Position numbers and translations under genes: made by a program
The notes under the pieces: model-generated
The model's database searches: none
The model's input: only the letters and a program-made list of their open reading frames with translations
What the model was told of the DNA's origin: nothing
Shown here: one piece after another, positions 62,983 through 64,000 of the stretch
How the letters are laid out: each line of letters opens with the position of its first letter
Numbering within the stretch: position 1 is the stretch's first letter
Assembly (NCBI RefSeq): GCF_963853765.1
Contig: NC_088858.1
Location: 6,200,001 to 6,264,000 of the forward strand
Source of the DNA: Magallana gigas
Taxonomy: Eukaryota
DNA length: 64,000 bases
Direction of reading: 5' to 3'

Positions 62983-64000
62983 CTAGAAAAGAACAGAACT
63001 GAACTTTACAACTGTTTAAGCCTCTCTTTCAGTGAATGGGGGAATTAACATGGAGGAATTACACGACTCCTGCTGATTTCCACAATAAAAATGAATAAAG
63101 ATTTCCCCAGGCAATTGAAAATCTTGATTAAATGTCTAAACAAATCTTCTTTGAAAATAAATTATCTAACAAACTGGGCCATTTAATAATTATGCAATGT
63201 TTTTAAATTGAATTTTTTAAAGTATCACTTACAAAAAATTGTTCAAGTCATGAAAGCAAGAAATGTTTTTTCTTTGCAATATCTTGCACAAAACAGATAA
63301 ATTGTTAAAAAACATAAGATAGAATTTAGTGATAAAACTCTTCAAAGGACATTTAATGATCTAATTATATTTTCACTGTTGGTTGCATTTTCTGACATAT
63401 ATTTGAAGCAACAAAACTCTCCATGACTTTAAGGCAGAGCTTTAAGGAAGAATATAAATTTTTTATTGCATATACCGTACCTAGAAAAGAGATAACAAAT
63501 CAATATTTCTGAATCCTCAATTTCCCAAAATCTCATTAGACAACAAATAAGGGGATATAATTCTGTAAATTCTCAGGATGCCATGAGGTTTCTGTTGAAT
63601 AGCCTGGAGATTTGCTGGCAGCTGTCATTTACTGATCAAACATCATGACCACACCGAAAACAAACTCCTCACACAAATTCCATCAAACGGCTCCTCTATC
63701 TTGCCAAAAAATCTCTTTCTCATTACAGTTGTAGATATTTAAATATCTCCCAAGTCCGAACCTGTTTGAATCAACGCAGACAGAAGGGCAACGATAATGT
63801 CCAATACTTATTGGTTTTATCGATCAAAAAGGTGGACTTGATTAAAATATATTTACACCAATCTTTGTCAGTCTTGAATTGATATTTATCTCTTAATGAA
63901 CAATTTAGTCCAATAGAAGTCTTGACAGAAAGAAAAAAAAAAATAGGTGAAATTCGCTCATCAAAAAATTAAATTTAGGCTGGACACCTTTGAATGAATT

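Overview
AT-rich animal genomic DNA. The repeat families and gene content point to a bivalve mollusc, most likely an oyster (inference, not verified). It is not prokaryotic: there are no operons, CRISPR arrays or rRNA. I reconstructed spliced gene models by hand, checking splice sites and phases. Left to right: an intronless delilah/taxi-type bHLH gene (-); about 13 kb of gene-poor upstream DNA with a 138-N assembly gap; an orphan 175-aa ORF (-); a complete 14-exon synoviolin/HRD1 (SYVN1) ERAD E3 ligase (-); a Speedy/RINGO CDK activator (-); a divergently transcribed, membrane-anchored M14 zinc carboxypeptidase with a GC-AG intron (+); a myristoylated raftlin-like gene (+); an intronless class A GPCR (-); CCDC167 (-); and the 3' part of a large unidentified gene with a 6,001-nt internal coding exon (-). 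Mobile DNA includes several MITEs, tRNA-derived SINE-like pieces and a non-autonomous Helentron-like element with ~165-bp internal repeats. Most notable observations: (1) two separate intronic tandem arrays built from or carrying copies of the adjacent exon end and 5' splice site; (2) Speedy sitting directly 5' of SYVN1, as I recall SPDYC does in human; (3) a near-perfect p53-family element and a CRE in the Speedy/carboxypeptidase divergent promoter; (4) an XBP1-type site in HRD1 intron 1; (5) three exact TCF/LEF motifs upstream of delilah. All identifications come from recalled family motifs. No database search was run.
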